DNA from: an uncultured Phycisphaerales bacterium
Lineage (GTDB): Bacteria > Planctomycetota > Phycisphaerae > Tepidisphaerales > Tepidisphaeraceae
Length of the DNA: 64,000 nucleotides
Assembly: GCA_963755915.1 (NCBI GenBank)
Contig: CAVWLP010000002.1
Location: 384,001 to 448,000 of the forward strand
Reading direction: 5' to 3'
Made by a program: the position numbers and the translations under genes. The notes below the pieces were generated by a model that saw only the letters and a list, made by a program, of their open reading frames with translations, was not told where the DNA came from and made no database searches. Of the stretch, positions 52,297 through 62,148 are shown one piece after another; within the stretch, counting starts at the first letter, position 1, and the number at the start of each line of letters is the position of its first letter.

Positions 52297-53424
52297 CTAA
52301 TGCGCCGCCGCTCCCTGCGCTCCCTTGCCAACGACCAACCACCGCGCCGTCACATTGAACAGCAGCGACATGACGAGAAGAATCAGTGCAATCTCCAGAA
52401 GCGCCGACCGGTCCAAATCCTCCGCCTCCTGAAATTTGCTCGCCAGAAGGCTCGCCATCGTCTGCGCCCGCGAAAAAAACGATAGCGCCATGTGCGGGTT
52501 GTTACCGATCACCATCGTCACCGCCATCGTCTCTCCCGCTGCCCGCGCCAAGCCCAGCATGATTGCCCCGAACAATCCGCTTCGGCAGAAGCCCAGCATC
52601 TCCACCGCGCTCTGCCACCACGTTGCCCCCAGCGCCACCGTCCCCTCAAGCTGCGCCCGCGGCACATTATTCAAAATATCCCGGCTGATGGCCGTGATGA
52701 TCGGAATGATCATGATCCCCAGAATCAGCCCCCCGCACAGCATATCCAGCCCCGTGAGCAGATGCCGATGCCCCTGCTGATCCCAAAACAGCCACCCAAA
52801 TCCCCACACGCCCCCCAGCAAATGAAACGCCCCCGGCTCAACATAATTCCGCAGAAACGGCGCCAGCACGAACAGCCCCCATATCCCATACGCCAGGCTC
52901 GGAATCGCCGCCAGAAATTCGACCAGAAACGAAATTAGCGTCACCAGCCTCCGTGGCGCGATCCGCACCAGAAAAATCGCCGCCCCCAAACTCAGCGGAG
53001 CCGCGATCACCAGCGCCAGCCCCGAACTCACCACCGTCCCGTAAATCATCGGCAGCGCCCCAAACGACGGCGGAATCGTCTCCATCACCACGTTCCCGTC
53101 TTCATCCCGCATGGCTTTCCCGTTGGCATCCAGCCGCGGAACCTCCCGTTCGTTCGGATGCCAGCTCGTTCCGATGAGAAATTGAAATCCGTACCGCTTC
53201 ATGCTCGGCAGCGCCGCCACGATCAGCACCACCAGCAGCGCCCCCAGCATCAGCGCCACCGCCAGCCCCCCCGCCAGCGCCAAGCCGTGCATGATCAGAT
53301 CGACATGCAGCCACTGCCGCCGCTCACGCGTCAGCGGAGGATGGGGTGGGGCCTGATGGGCCGGCGGCCCCGAATCCGCCCCCGAACCCGTCCCGCCGAG
53401 ATTGGACACAGGAATATCCGACAT
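52297..53424 (-). CDS. pstC: Phosphate ABC transporter permease PstC
   Basis: LAAIPSLAYGIWG, ALGATWW, RAAGETMAVTMVIGN; ATG at 53424 (in frame with PstS as assembled). Confidence 0.88.
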   Translation of the reverse strand: MSDIPVSNLGGTGSGADSGPPAHQAPPHPPLTRERRQWLHVDLIMHGLALAGGLAVALMLGALLVVLIVAALPSMKRYGFQFLIGTSWHPNEREVPRLDANGKAMRDEDGNVVMETIPPSFGALPMIYGTVVSSGLALVIAAPLSLGAAIFLVRIAPRRLVTLISFLVEFLAAIPSLAYGIWGLFVLAPFLRNYVEPGAFHLLGGVWGFGWLFWDQQGHRHLLTGLDMLCGGLILGIMIIPIITAISRDILNNVPRAQLEGTVALGATWWQSAVEMLGFCRSGLFGAIMLGLARAAGETMAVTMVIGNNPHMALSFFSRAQTMASLLASKFQEAEDLDRSALLEIALILLVMSLLFNVTARWLVVGKGAQGAAAH

Positions 53425-53428
53425 CTTT

Positions 53429-54453
53429 CTATTGCTGCGCCGCGCGCCGTTGAACGTCAGGCTCGCAATATTCGCCTGCGCTTTCTTCACCACCGCGTCC
53501 GGCAGGGGCGCATATTCGTGCTGGCTCGCCAGCTTCTGCCCGACCGTTTCCGCCCAGTTCAAAAACTTGATCAGCGCGGAAACTCGGGCCTTGTCCCCAA
53601 GATAACTCAAATCCCGATGCACCAGAATATAGGTGAACGAAGAAATCGGATACGCATCGGCCCCGTCCGCATTGAGAATATTCGCCGGAATCCGATCCGC
53701 CGCCGCGGCCGCCGACGTCACCGATGCCAGCGTCGGCTTGATAAAGTTCCCCGTTTTATTCCGCAGCAGCGCCATCGACACATCGTTCGCCAGCGCATAA
53801 TTCAGCTCCACATACCCAATCGCCCCCGGTATCCCTTTCACGATCGCCGTCACGCCATTGTTCGCCTCAGCCCCCTGCCCCACCGGCCACTCGACCGACT
53901 TCCCCTCCCCCACCTTCGCCGCGAATTCATCGCTCAGCCCCGTCAGATACGCGCTGAATACCGCATTCGTCCCGCTCCCGTCACTCCGATAAACCGGCGT
54001 AATCGCCTCGCTCGGCAACGCCACCCCCGGATTCAGCGCCACAATCTCCGGATCATTCCAGTCGGTAACCTTCCCCAAATAAATATCAACCAGCAGCGGC
54101 CCCGTCAGCTTCAGATCCGAACTCAGCCCCGGCAGGTTATAAGCCGCCACCACCGCCCCCGCACAAACCGGCACATACACCACGTCCCCCGCATCGGAGA
54201 ATTCCTTCTTCGAAAGCTTCACATCCGAGCCCGCAAAGTCCACGGTCTTATTGGTAATCGCCTTAATCCCCCCACCCGACCCGCTCCCCTGATAATCGAT
54301 CATGATGTCCGGATTGTCATCATGAAACCTTGAGATCCAAACATCATAAAGCGGCTTGGGAAACGTCGCCCCCTCCCCCTTCAGGCTCACGCTCCCCCAC
54401 AGCGAACCGCCGCAAACCCCCAGGAGAATCATTGTGATTAAAACGCGCCACAT
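53429..54453 (-). CDS. pstS: Phosphate-binding protein PstS
   Basis: GATFPKPLY, GSGGGI, DFAGSD, RSDGSGT, YPISSFTY; likely true stop TAG at 53431-53429 after a one-base indel. Confidence 0.88.
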
Positions 54454-54480
54454 AACTCTCCCACTGTCCCTCCCGGAACG

Positions 54481-54523
54481 CCCACGGACTTCGGTGAGCG
54501 CAGTCGAACCGCGCCGCCGTGGG
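54481..54523. repeat. Short palindrome interrupted by the 24-nt module (inverted copy)
   Basis: CCCACG[GACTTCGGTGAGCGCAGTCGAACC]GCGCCGCCGTGGG. Confidence 0.8.
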
Positions 54524-54860
54524 GTATTTCAAATACTCTTACTATCAAATTCTTTGCGTTTTCGCTCCCACAACAAAAAAAATCCCCCGAATTCCCAAAA
54601 ATAGGTCCAAAACGTACACCCTTTGGACCTGTATATAGACGCGTACTATTTTTTCCTGCGCCTCCTCCAATTCGGCAATCGGCAATCGGCATTAAAGGAG
54701 AGCCCCCATGTCCACCCCTCTCAAATCTGAAATCTCAAATCCCCAGGCCCGGGAAAAAATCTCACCGATGAATCCCGGGCAAAATCGGGCATTTTCGGAC
54801 ATCCCGCCCTGGCGCGCCACCAAAAACGGCCCAGCGATTGACCAATCCCGAATCCTCCTT

Positions 54861-55583
54861 TCAAAAAAGCCCCAAATTCCCAATCGCCATGAAGTTATAA
54901 ACGGCGTGGGCAATCGAGATCGGCGCTAATCGGCGGAAAATGCAAAAAACAACCGCTTCAATTACACCAAATAATGAAACCATGATTACGCCGGCCTGTC
55001 CCTCATACCCGTGATAGAAAATAAACAGCAGGGTGCTCAGCAGAAAAGCGACCCGCGTTGAATCAAACAACTCTTCGAATCGCACGATGAGATATGCTCG
55101 CATCAAAAGTTCCTGAAAAAATCCGCTGGCAGCGCACATAACCGCCAGCATTGCGAACTGCATCGCGCCAGAAGGAGGCAAGTAATTTAGCGGGCCAGCA
55201 GAGTGCGCCAACTCGAAGTACCTGTTGGGATCCAAAATGAGGCGAAGACTCAACCACAATGCTCTAGTCGCAATACGCACAATCAGCCAAATCAGGATAC
55301 CCCCGAAAATGTCGCGCCCCGCTTTGAACGGCTTAAGTCCGAACCGGCTGAATGGATCCCCGGACCGCCAGATGACGAACAAGACCAAAGCGCTCTGCGA
55401 AATGTGGCGAAGCGTATATGTCAAAAACTCATTGGTAAACGGGATCAGACGTCTTCTGTCGATGAGCCCCAGAACGTCCAGCTCACTCGTAAGAATGAGC
55501 GGCACGACGCAGACAAATACAACCACCGCAGTTTCAATCCAGAGATATGCCGTGCGACGATCAGCCGACGCAGATTCCGTCAT
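54861..55583 (-). CDS. CPBP/Abi intramembrane metalloprotease family protein
   Basis: QELLMR, FIFYH, HAVYN; multi-TM. Confidence 0.85.
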   Translation of the reverse strand: MTESASADRRTAYLWIETAVVVFVCVVPLILTSELDVLGLIDRRRLIPFTNEFLTYTLRHISQSALVLFVIWRSGDPFSRFGLKPFKAGRDIFGGILIWLIVRIATRALWLSLRLILDPNRYFELAHSAGPLNYLPPSGAMQFAMLAVMCAASGFFQELLMRAYLIVRFEELFDSTRVAFLLSTLLFIFYHGYEGQAGVIMVSLFGVIEAVVFCIFRRLAPISIAHAVYNFMAIGNLGLF

Positions 55584-55632
55584 AAGGATTTCCCCAGACG
55601 ATCAAAAACGGATGCCGTTCCGTTCCACTCCC

Positions 55633-56868
55633 CTATTCCTTCTCCACCAGCTTAATCGAATCCTGCACGATTTTGAGCTGCGCTTCATCCTCCTCATCCC
55701 AAATCCGCCCCCGGCGCGAGTAAACCTGCTTCATCACCTCTCGCGCCTTCTCCAGGTTGTACGGCTTCGCCCCCGCGTCCGTCCAGAACGTAAAGCTTGG
55801 GATAAACCGCGGCGGCAAATCGCTCCCCGCCAGCAGCGAGCAGAACCCGATATAGCTACCCGTCATCAGCCGCGATCCGATCGCCACCTTCGTATGATCC
55901 CCAATCATCGACCCCAAAAACCTCCGATCGGTCTCGATCTGCTTGGCTCCGATGTGCATCTTGATCGGCCCATAGGTGTTCTTCAGATTGCTCGTCGTCG
56001 TCCCCGCCCCCAGGTTCACCCACTGCCCGATATAACTGTGCCCCACAAACCCTTCGTGCGGCTTGTTGCTGAATCCCAGGAAAATGCTCGTCGCGACTTC
56101 TCCGCCTACCTTGCACATCGGCCCAATGCTCGTCCCCAAATGAATGTGCGACAGCGGCGAAATGCTCGAATATTTCCCCACGTAAACCGGCCCCTGCAAA
56201 ACGCTGTTCGCCCCGATCGACGCACCCGCGTCAATCACAATCGGCCCCCGGCTCGCGTCCAGCACCACCCCAGGCTGAATCCGCGCCGTCGGATTCATGA
56301 TGATGTCCTGCTCCCCGATCACCTGGCACCGGCAATCCGCCGGCACCCGCGGGCGCTCCTTCATCTGGCTCGCATCCGCAACAATCGACTCCTCGTTCCA
56401 GTGCACGATATCCCACAAATATTCCGGCAACCGCGCCTGATCCGGCGACTGCGGCAAGTTCAGCAGCTCCAGCCAGCGATCCGTCCGGTTCATCGCGTCC
56501 GACCAGTTGAGCCCCGGCATCTTCGCGTACGCCTGCCGGATCAGATTCGCATCGTCCGACGAAACCATCGGATCCGTCGGCCTGGGAAATGCCCCGAAAT
56601 GCAGCGTCCGCCCGCTAACGATAAACGCCGGCTCGTCGTCTAGCGGAACATTGATCGCCACCGGCACCGAAACCGAAGGCGCCACATGCTTGCGACAATA
56701 ATCGACCATCTCCGGCCGAACCCAAAGCGTCACCCGCAGCGGCCGAATGTGCTGAATCTGCTTCTCAAGAAGTGTGCTCGTCCCGCTCAGCAGCGTGAAC
56801 ACCGGGCGATTCAGCGAAAGCGGCGCCATGGTAAACCATTTCGACGCCTCAAAAATCACCAGATGCAT
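55633..56868 (-). CDS. GlmU-like sugar nucleotidyltransferase domain + left-handed beta-helix protein
   Basis: PLSLNRPVFTL, GPVYVG, HEGFVGHSYIGQWVNLGAGT, hexapeptide repeats. Confidence 0.85.
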   Translation of the reverse strand: MHLVIFEASKWFTMAPLSLNRPVFTLLSGTSTLLEKQIQHIRPLRVTLWVRPEMVDYCRKHVAPSVSVPVAINVPLDDEPAFIVSGRTLHFGAFPRPTDPMVSSDDANLIRQAYAKMPGLNWSDAMNRTDRWLELLNLPQSPDQARLPEYLWDIVHWNEESIVADASQMKERPRVPADCRCQVIGEQDIIMNPTARIQPGVVLDASRGPIVIDAGASIGANSVLQGPVYVGKYSSISPLSHIHLGTSIGPMCKVGGEVATSIFLGFSNKPHEGFVGHSYIGQWVNLGAGTTTSNLKNTYGPIKMHIGAKQIETDRRFLGSMIGDHTKVAIGSRLMTGSYIGFCSLLAGSDLPPRFIPSFTFWTDAGAKPYNLEKAREVMKQVYSRRGRIWDEEDEAQLKIVQDSIKLVEKE

Positions 56869-56934
56869 AAATGCATAATACCAAGATTGAGATTCAGTTG
56901 AACGCGGAGACTGGGATTGCCGCAACCGAGCGGA

Positions 56935-57132
56935 TTAGGGCTTTTCCGACGAAGCCGAAAGCGCTATCGGAAGCGAAGAATTCTGATGTGAATTTGAAGC
57001 GACTGAGGCGGCCGACGCCGCACTCCGGGCCGAGCTATTATCCCCATGCGACATCAGCACCCCCATGCTGATCACAAACACCGCCGCCACCGAGAGAAGC
57101 CCAATTTGAGCCATGCGCCTTTGTGAAATCAT
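56935..57132 (-). CDS. Small protein with N-terminal signal/TM segment
   Basis: GAGGAG RBS; basic then hydrophobic N-terminus, Ser/Ala-rich tail. Confidence 0.55.
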   Translation of the reverse strand: MISQRRMAQIGLLSVAAVFVISMGVLMSHGDNSSARSAASAASVASNSHQNSSLPIALSASSEKP

Positions 57133-57288
57133 TGCTCCTCACTCCAAACCATTGATATTTCACAAGTTAGGCGGGAAATGTGCCCGGAGCGTGTCGCCCG
57201 GTAGATATCTCGCCCTACCTCTATTCTCTATATCCCAAAATCTCCGAAACGCAACAGAAACCTTAAGATTGTCTTGATTAAACTTTCG

Positions 57289-58233
57289 CTAAAAGCTTGC
57301 AGTTTTTGACCGTATGTCCACGAGTCTGACGAGATCATAAAGCATTTCCATAAAAGGTGTTACAACGCCATTTATTCGGGCAACCTCCAGCGGCTTCCCG
57401 ACAATTGCTTCGATCTCCAGCGCCCGGCCCATCTGCCGGTCAACCTGCATGCTCGTCTTATACGCCCCCATTGTTTGCGTATGGCGAATCTTCTCTTCAG
57501 GTACGTCTAAATCGAACCGCACGTTCAATGGCCGGCAGGCCGCGATCACTTCCCCCATGATCCCGCGAACCAGCCTCAGCCCTACCTCCGACTCGATGAT
57601 CCGGTCCGTCGTCAAATCCAGCGCCGCACCCAGCCCATTAAAGGGAATGTTCCAGATCAGCTTGTCCCACCGGCCAAACGTGAGATTGTCCAAAACCTCG
57701 CAGGGAACCTTGCTGCTGGAAAACAACTCTGCAATCTTCCCCGCGCGCACCGACGGTCCGCCGCGCATTTCACCGATTCGAATCAATCCATGATCCGTAT
57801 GCGAAATCTCCCCCGGCCCCGTTCGATTGATGCAGACAAACGCCATCCCCCCGAGAACGCGCTCGGCCCCAAAAAGCTCGCCAAGAATCTCCTCATTCCC
57901 CAACCCATTTTGCAGCGTGAGAATCACCGAATCCCCCTTCACCACCGGCCCCACCAGCTCCTTCAGCCGATGGTTCGCCGTCGTCTTCAGCGTCACGATC
58001 ACCAGGTCCGCCTTGGGCATCTCCCGCGCATCGTCATGAACATTCACCCGCCCCGGCTCCAGAAAAAAATCCCCATCGCTGCTCCGAACCCGCATCCCCG
58101 CCTTCCTGATATGCCCGCAATCGCTAGGCGTAAACAGGTGCACCCGGTGTCCATGCTCAATCAGCCGCGCGCCGTAATATCCCCCCACCGCTCCCGCGCC
58201 GATGACGGCGATGATCGGATCATCCGGAATCAT
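57289..58233 (-). CDS. panE: Ketopantoate reductase family protein
   Basis: GAGAVGGYYG, LQNGLG, WDKLIWN, TSMQVD, LEIEAI. Confidence 0.85.
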   Translation of the reverse strand: MIPDDPIIAVIGAGAVGGYYGARLIEHGHRVHLFTPSDCGHIRKAGMRVRSSDGDFFLEPGRVNVHDDAREMPKADLVIVTLKTTANHRLKELVGPVVKGDSVILTLQNGLGNEEILGELFGAERVLGGMAFVCINRTGPGEISHTDHGLIRIGEMRGGPSVRAGKIAELFSSSKVPCEVLDNLTFGRWDKLIWNIPFNGLGAALDLTTDRIIESEVGLRLVRGIMGEVIAACRPLNVRFDLDVPEEKIRHTQTMGAYKTSMQVDRQMGRALEIEAIVGKPLEVARINGVVTPFMEMLYDLVRLVDIRSKTASF

Positions 58234-59757
58234 TTCGCCTCGACGATCGCCCGAACCAACCCGTCAATATTAAACGTCTTCGCCTCAACTGCCGGCGTCA
58301 AACCCGCCTCGCGCAGCGACGAAGTCGTGATCGGCCCGATGCTCGCCAGCTTGATGCGCCCAGCGCCCCGCGGTTCGCTTCCCCCATGAGATTCACAAAA
58401 TTCCGCACTGTGCTGCTGCTGCTGAATGTGATCCAATTGACCTTGCCTGTCACGAGCGATTCGATCAATCCGGCCGGAAATTCCGTCGCCGTTCGCGTTT
58501 CGTAGATAGCAACATCCCTCACTTCCGCGGCGCCCGCTTCGATCAGCCGCTGCCGTAGCAGCGGCCGCGCGATATCCGCCCGCAAGAGCAAAAACCTTCG
58601 CCCCGCCACTTCATCCCGCCCTGCAAGTTCGTCCGCCAGCGCCTCCGCCACGAATGCTTTCGGACACAAATCGACTCTCAGGCACAGCTCCCGCTCGATC
58701 GCCTCCGCGGTCGCCTGCCCAATCGCCGCCAGCTTCGCTTTCCCAAAAACCCGCGCATCCTGCCCCATTGCCGCCAGACGCCGCCACGCCGCCGCCACGC
58801 CGTTAACGCTGGTAAAACAGACCCAGTCGAATTCCCCCGCATCCTTCAGCGCCGAATCGATCTCGCGCCAATCCGCCGGCTCATGGAGTTCAATCGTCGG
58901 CGCCTCGATCACGTTCGCCCCCAGCTCTTCGAGCCTCGCCGAGATCTCGCTCGCCTGGTGCCGCGAGCGCGTCACCACGATCGTCTGCCCAAACAGCGGC
59001 CGCTTCTCTACCCACGCCAGCGTTTCCCGGAGCTGTACGACTTTCCCGATAATCGTCATCGCCGGCGCCCGCAATCCCGCGGCCGCAATATCCTCAGCAA
59101 GCTTTCCGAGCGTCGAGACCACGGTCCGCTGCTCCGGCATCGTCCCCCACTGAATCGTCGCCGCCGGCATTTGCGGCGACATCCCATTCTCAATCAGCCG
59201 GCTGCAAATCCGCGGCAGCGATTTCACCCCCATGTAAAACGCCACGCAAGGAAGCTTCGCGATCGCCTCCCACGCAATATCCGCCGCCGGCTCCCCATCC
59301 TCCCGCTCGTGCCCCGTAAGCAGCGTAAAGCTCGAATTGAAATCCCGATGCGTCACCGGAATCCCCGCGTATGCCGGCGCGGCAATCGCCGCCGTCACTC
59401 CCGGCACCACCTCAAACGCCACCCCGGCGTCCACCATCGCCTGGCATTCCTCCCCCCGCGCCCGAAGACAAACGGATCTCCCCCCTTCAGCCGCACCACG
59501 CGTTTCCCCGCCCGCGCCTTCTCAACCAGCAGCGCGTTAATCTGTTCCTGCGGCATCGAATGATCCGCCGCCTTCTTCCCCACATAAATCACTTCCGCCC
59601 GGGGGCAATAACTAAGCAGTTTTGGATTAGACAGGTAGTCATAGACCACTACGTCCGCCTGTTCCAATAATTTCGCCCCGCGCACAGTGATAAGGCCGGG
59701 ATCGCCGGGACCGGCGCCCACGAGAAAAACAATTCCCTGGTAAAGCGGCGTGCTCAT
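58230..59757 (-). CDS. cobA: Fused uroporphyrinogen-III C-methyltransferase/synthase CobA-HemD (frameshifts ~59450, ~58360)
   Basis: [62 protein letters not shown]. Confidence 0.92.
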
Positions 59758-59892
59758 GTGTTTGGAAAATCGATTAGCAAGATGGATAACCTTTTCCGAC
59801 TTTCTGGTCGATGTCTCTAAAGGATATTTGATGCCGACGCGTCAGGCCAGTTGCCGCGGCGAGGAATCAAAGTCTTTACAGGAGCTTCGCAC

Positions 59893-60240
59893 ATGGTCGC
59901 ACTGATGAAGATGCCCGCCAGTCTGCCGACGGAGTCGTGGGAAGACCGGCGCATGTTCCCCCGTAAGGAAATTCAAGCCACCATCGAGGGCCGGCGAATC
60001 GACCACACCCTTGACGCCAGGCAGATGCCCAAGCTCAACCTCATGCTCCGGGACCTCTCCCTCGGCGGCCTCTCGGCAATTTCCGATCATCCCCTCAACA
60101 CCGGAGAGCACATCACCGTCTTCTTCCCCAAGCTGGGCCTCCAGCGCGGCTGGGACGCCCTCGGCCGCGTCCTCCGCTGCGACCCCAGCGGCATGGGATA
60201 CCGCGTCGCGGTGGCCTTTGACACCCTGCCGGCAGCCTAG
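59893..60240 (+). CDS. Stand-alone PilZ domain protein
   Basis: RRMFPR (RxxxR) and DLSLGG (DxSxxG); AGGAG RBS. Confidence 0.85.
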   Translation: MVALMKMPASLPTESWEDRRMFPRKEIQATIEGRRIDHTLDARQMPKLNLMLRDLSLGGLSAISDHPLNTGEHITVFFPKLGLQRGWDALGRVLRCDPSGMGYRVAVAFDTLPAA

Positions 60241-60261
60241 AGAATTCCTGCGACACTATTC

Positions 60262-60963
60262 CTAAGGCTCGCTATTGGCCAGGTGCTGTACCGTTGCCTC
60301 AACTGATCCGTTGTTGTCGTAGATCCACCAATCGGCCATCTCCAGTTCAAGCGGACCGTCTTCCTGGGCAACAAAGTCGCACTTGGAACCGACCATGAAC
60401 GGATACTTGTGGTTGACGCGGGCTTCCAGATACCACTCCAGATTACCCTGGTGATCGCCGTCCGGAAGGACCATTCCATCGGGCCCGCAAACCAGTGTTT
60501 TCTTATTGGCGTCGGTCCCGCCGCTCCACTGTCCCTGGGCCGTCACCCGATACCGTTCTCCCTTCTTCAGCATCACCGTCATCGTCCAGCGCAGATTGGC
60601 GAAGACGACAAATGTCTGCGCAGCTTCCGGCTGCGCGACCGCAGATGAATTCATCAGTCCGAGCAGCGCCTCCTTATGATGCTTCAGCGTGTCATTGGCA
60701 TCCTGCTGGAGGAGTTTGATACGGTTCGCCTCGTCGAGGTTGGCGACGTTCATGGCGATTTTCATGGCGCGGTCCAATTCCGCGATCTCCCTCTGATCGG
60801 CATCGAGTATTGTCCGGTAAAAGCTCTGCCGCGCCGCGAGGCACGCTTGGTTGTAATGCAACAGGGCATCTTGACCAGCCGGCATCTGCGGCGAGTCGGA
60901 AACCGTGGAATCATCCGCCAGACAAACTGCATATGCCATTAGTATGATTGCGACTCTCCACAT
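60262..60963 (-). CDS. Secreted protein, helical N-domain + LecA/PA-IL-like C-terminal domain
   Basis: Signal peptide MWRVAIIL; ANLRW...VTAQGQW...CGPDG...DNNGSV. Confidence 0.6.
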   Translation of the reverse strand: MWRVAIILMAYAVCLADDSTVSDSPQMPAGQDALLHYNQACLAARQSFYRTILDADQREIAELDRAMKIAMNVANLDEANRIKLLQQDANDTLKHHKEALLGLMNSSAVAQPEAAQTFVVFANLRWTMTVMLKKGERYRVTAQGQWSGGTDANKKTLVCGPDGMVLPDGDHQGNLEWYLEARVNHKYPFMVGSKCDFVAQEDGPLELEMADWWIYDNNGSVEATVQHLANSEP

Positions 60964-61083
60964 AGGCTGTCTCCGTTCGTTCCCGACGTTGCGGGGCCGC
61001 GGCGGCTGTAATCGAAAGCGGACAGGATAACCCAAACACGGCCGTTTCCCATTGGGCGCGTTTAGCCTTATTCTGCCCGGTCC

Positions 61084-62036
61084 ATGAAGACCGCCGGGCA
61101 GGATTTCAATCCTGATGATTTCCAGATGTCCATCGGCGATCACCTGGAGGAATTGCGCTATCGCATCCTCCTCGGCCTTGCCGGACTGATTCCCGCGGCC
61201 CTCATCTGCCTCCTCTTCGGCCGCTGGTTGCTGGGGTTCCTCTGCCGGCCTCTCCTGCAAGCCCTTCAGCACTATGACATCAATCCGCAACTCTCCTCGC
61301 TGGAGATTTCCGATGCCTTCATGGTTTACATGAAAGTAAGCCTGATCGCCGCCACGGCGATTGCCGGGCCGTGGATCGTCTACCAGCTCTGGCTCTTCGT
61401 CAGCGCGGGGCTCTATCCGCGCGAGCGGAAATACATCACGAAATACATTCCGCTCAGCCTCGTGCTGCTGACGTGCGGGATGCTCTTTGTTTATTACGTG
61501 GTCCTCCCCTTCTCGCTGCAATTCTTCATCGCCTTCACGGCCGACTTTCCGCTGCAGTTGCCCGATGTCACCAGCGCCGCCCGCGCCCATCTACCACGCA
61601 GCCCAGCTACATACAGGCCGTCGCCGGGAATCCTGCCCATCCCGCCGAATTTCAAGAGTGGTTCGATACGCGTCAGCACCGCTTGAAATTTTTCACGGGG
61701 GGAAACGTACGCGTGATCCCCTTCGGCCCGGACAACCTGCTGGCGACTTCCTTCACCCTGCCGGACTATCTCGATCTGGTTTTGCAGTTGCTGCTGACGT
61801 TCGGTCTGGCGTTTCAGTTGCCAATCGTTGTGATGGCGCTGGCCCGCGTGGGACTTGTGGAAATTGACACCTTGCGCCGCTGGCGCAGGTATGTCTATTT
61901 AGGTCTTTCCATGCTTGCCGCGGCCTTGGCACCGGGGGACGTGGTCACGGCAACGATTGCGCTGCTGATCCCACTTATTCTCCTGTATGAATTAGGGATT
62001 TTCCTCGCGAAAATGGGCCGGAAAGCCGACGCGTAG
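61084..62036 (+). CDS. tatC: Twin-arginine translocase subunit TatC (frameshift ~61590)
   Basis: MSIGDHLEELRYRI, YQLWLFVSAGLYPRER, FGLAFQLP, PGD, LLYELGI. Confidence 0.92.
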
Positions 62037-62148
62037 TCGCTTTACCCCCGTCAAATAATTCCCTCCATTTGTAACGCTCCCTCATTGCACTTCCCCGCGC
62101 AATCGGGTAAAATACCCTCGATTCGATTTCCTATCTTCGGAGGTTTTT

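Noticed and set aside
52297-54453. Apparent 718-aa PstS-PstC fusion
   Set aside because: One extra base in GCGCGGCGC near 53440 gives ...AQQ-TAG four nt before the pstC ATG; with indels this common, an artefact is more likely.
60964-61590. N-terminal half of the 442-aa minus ORF
   Set aside because: Antisense to tatC; a signal peptide starts at 60963.
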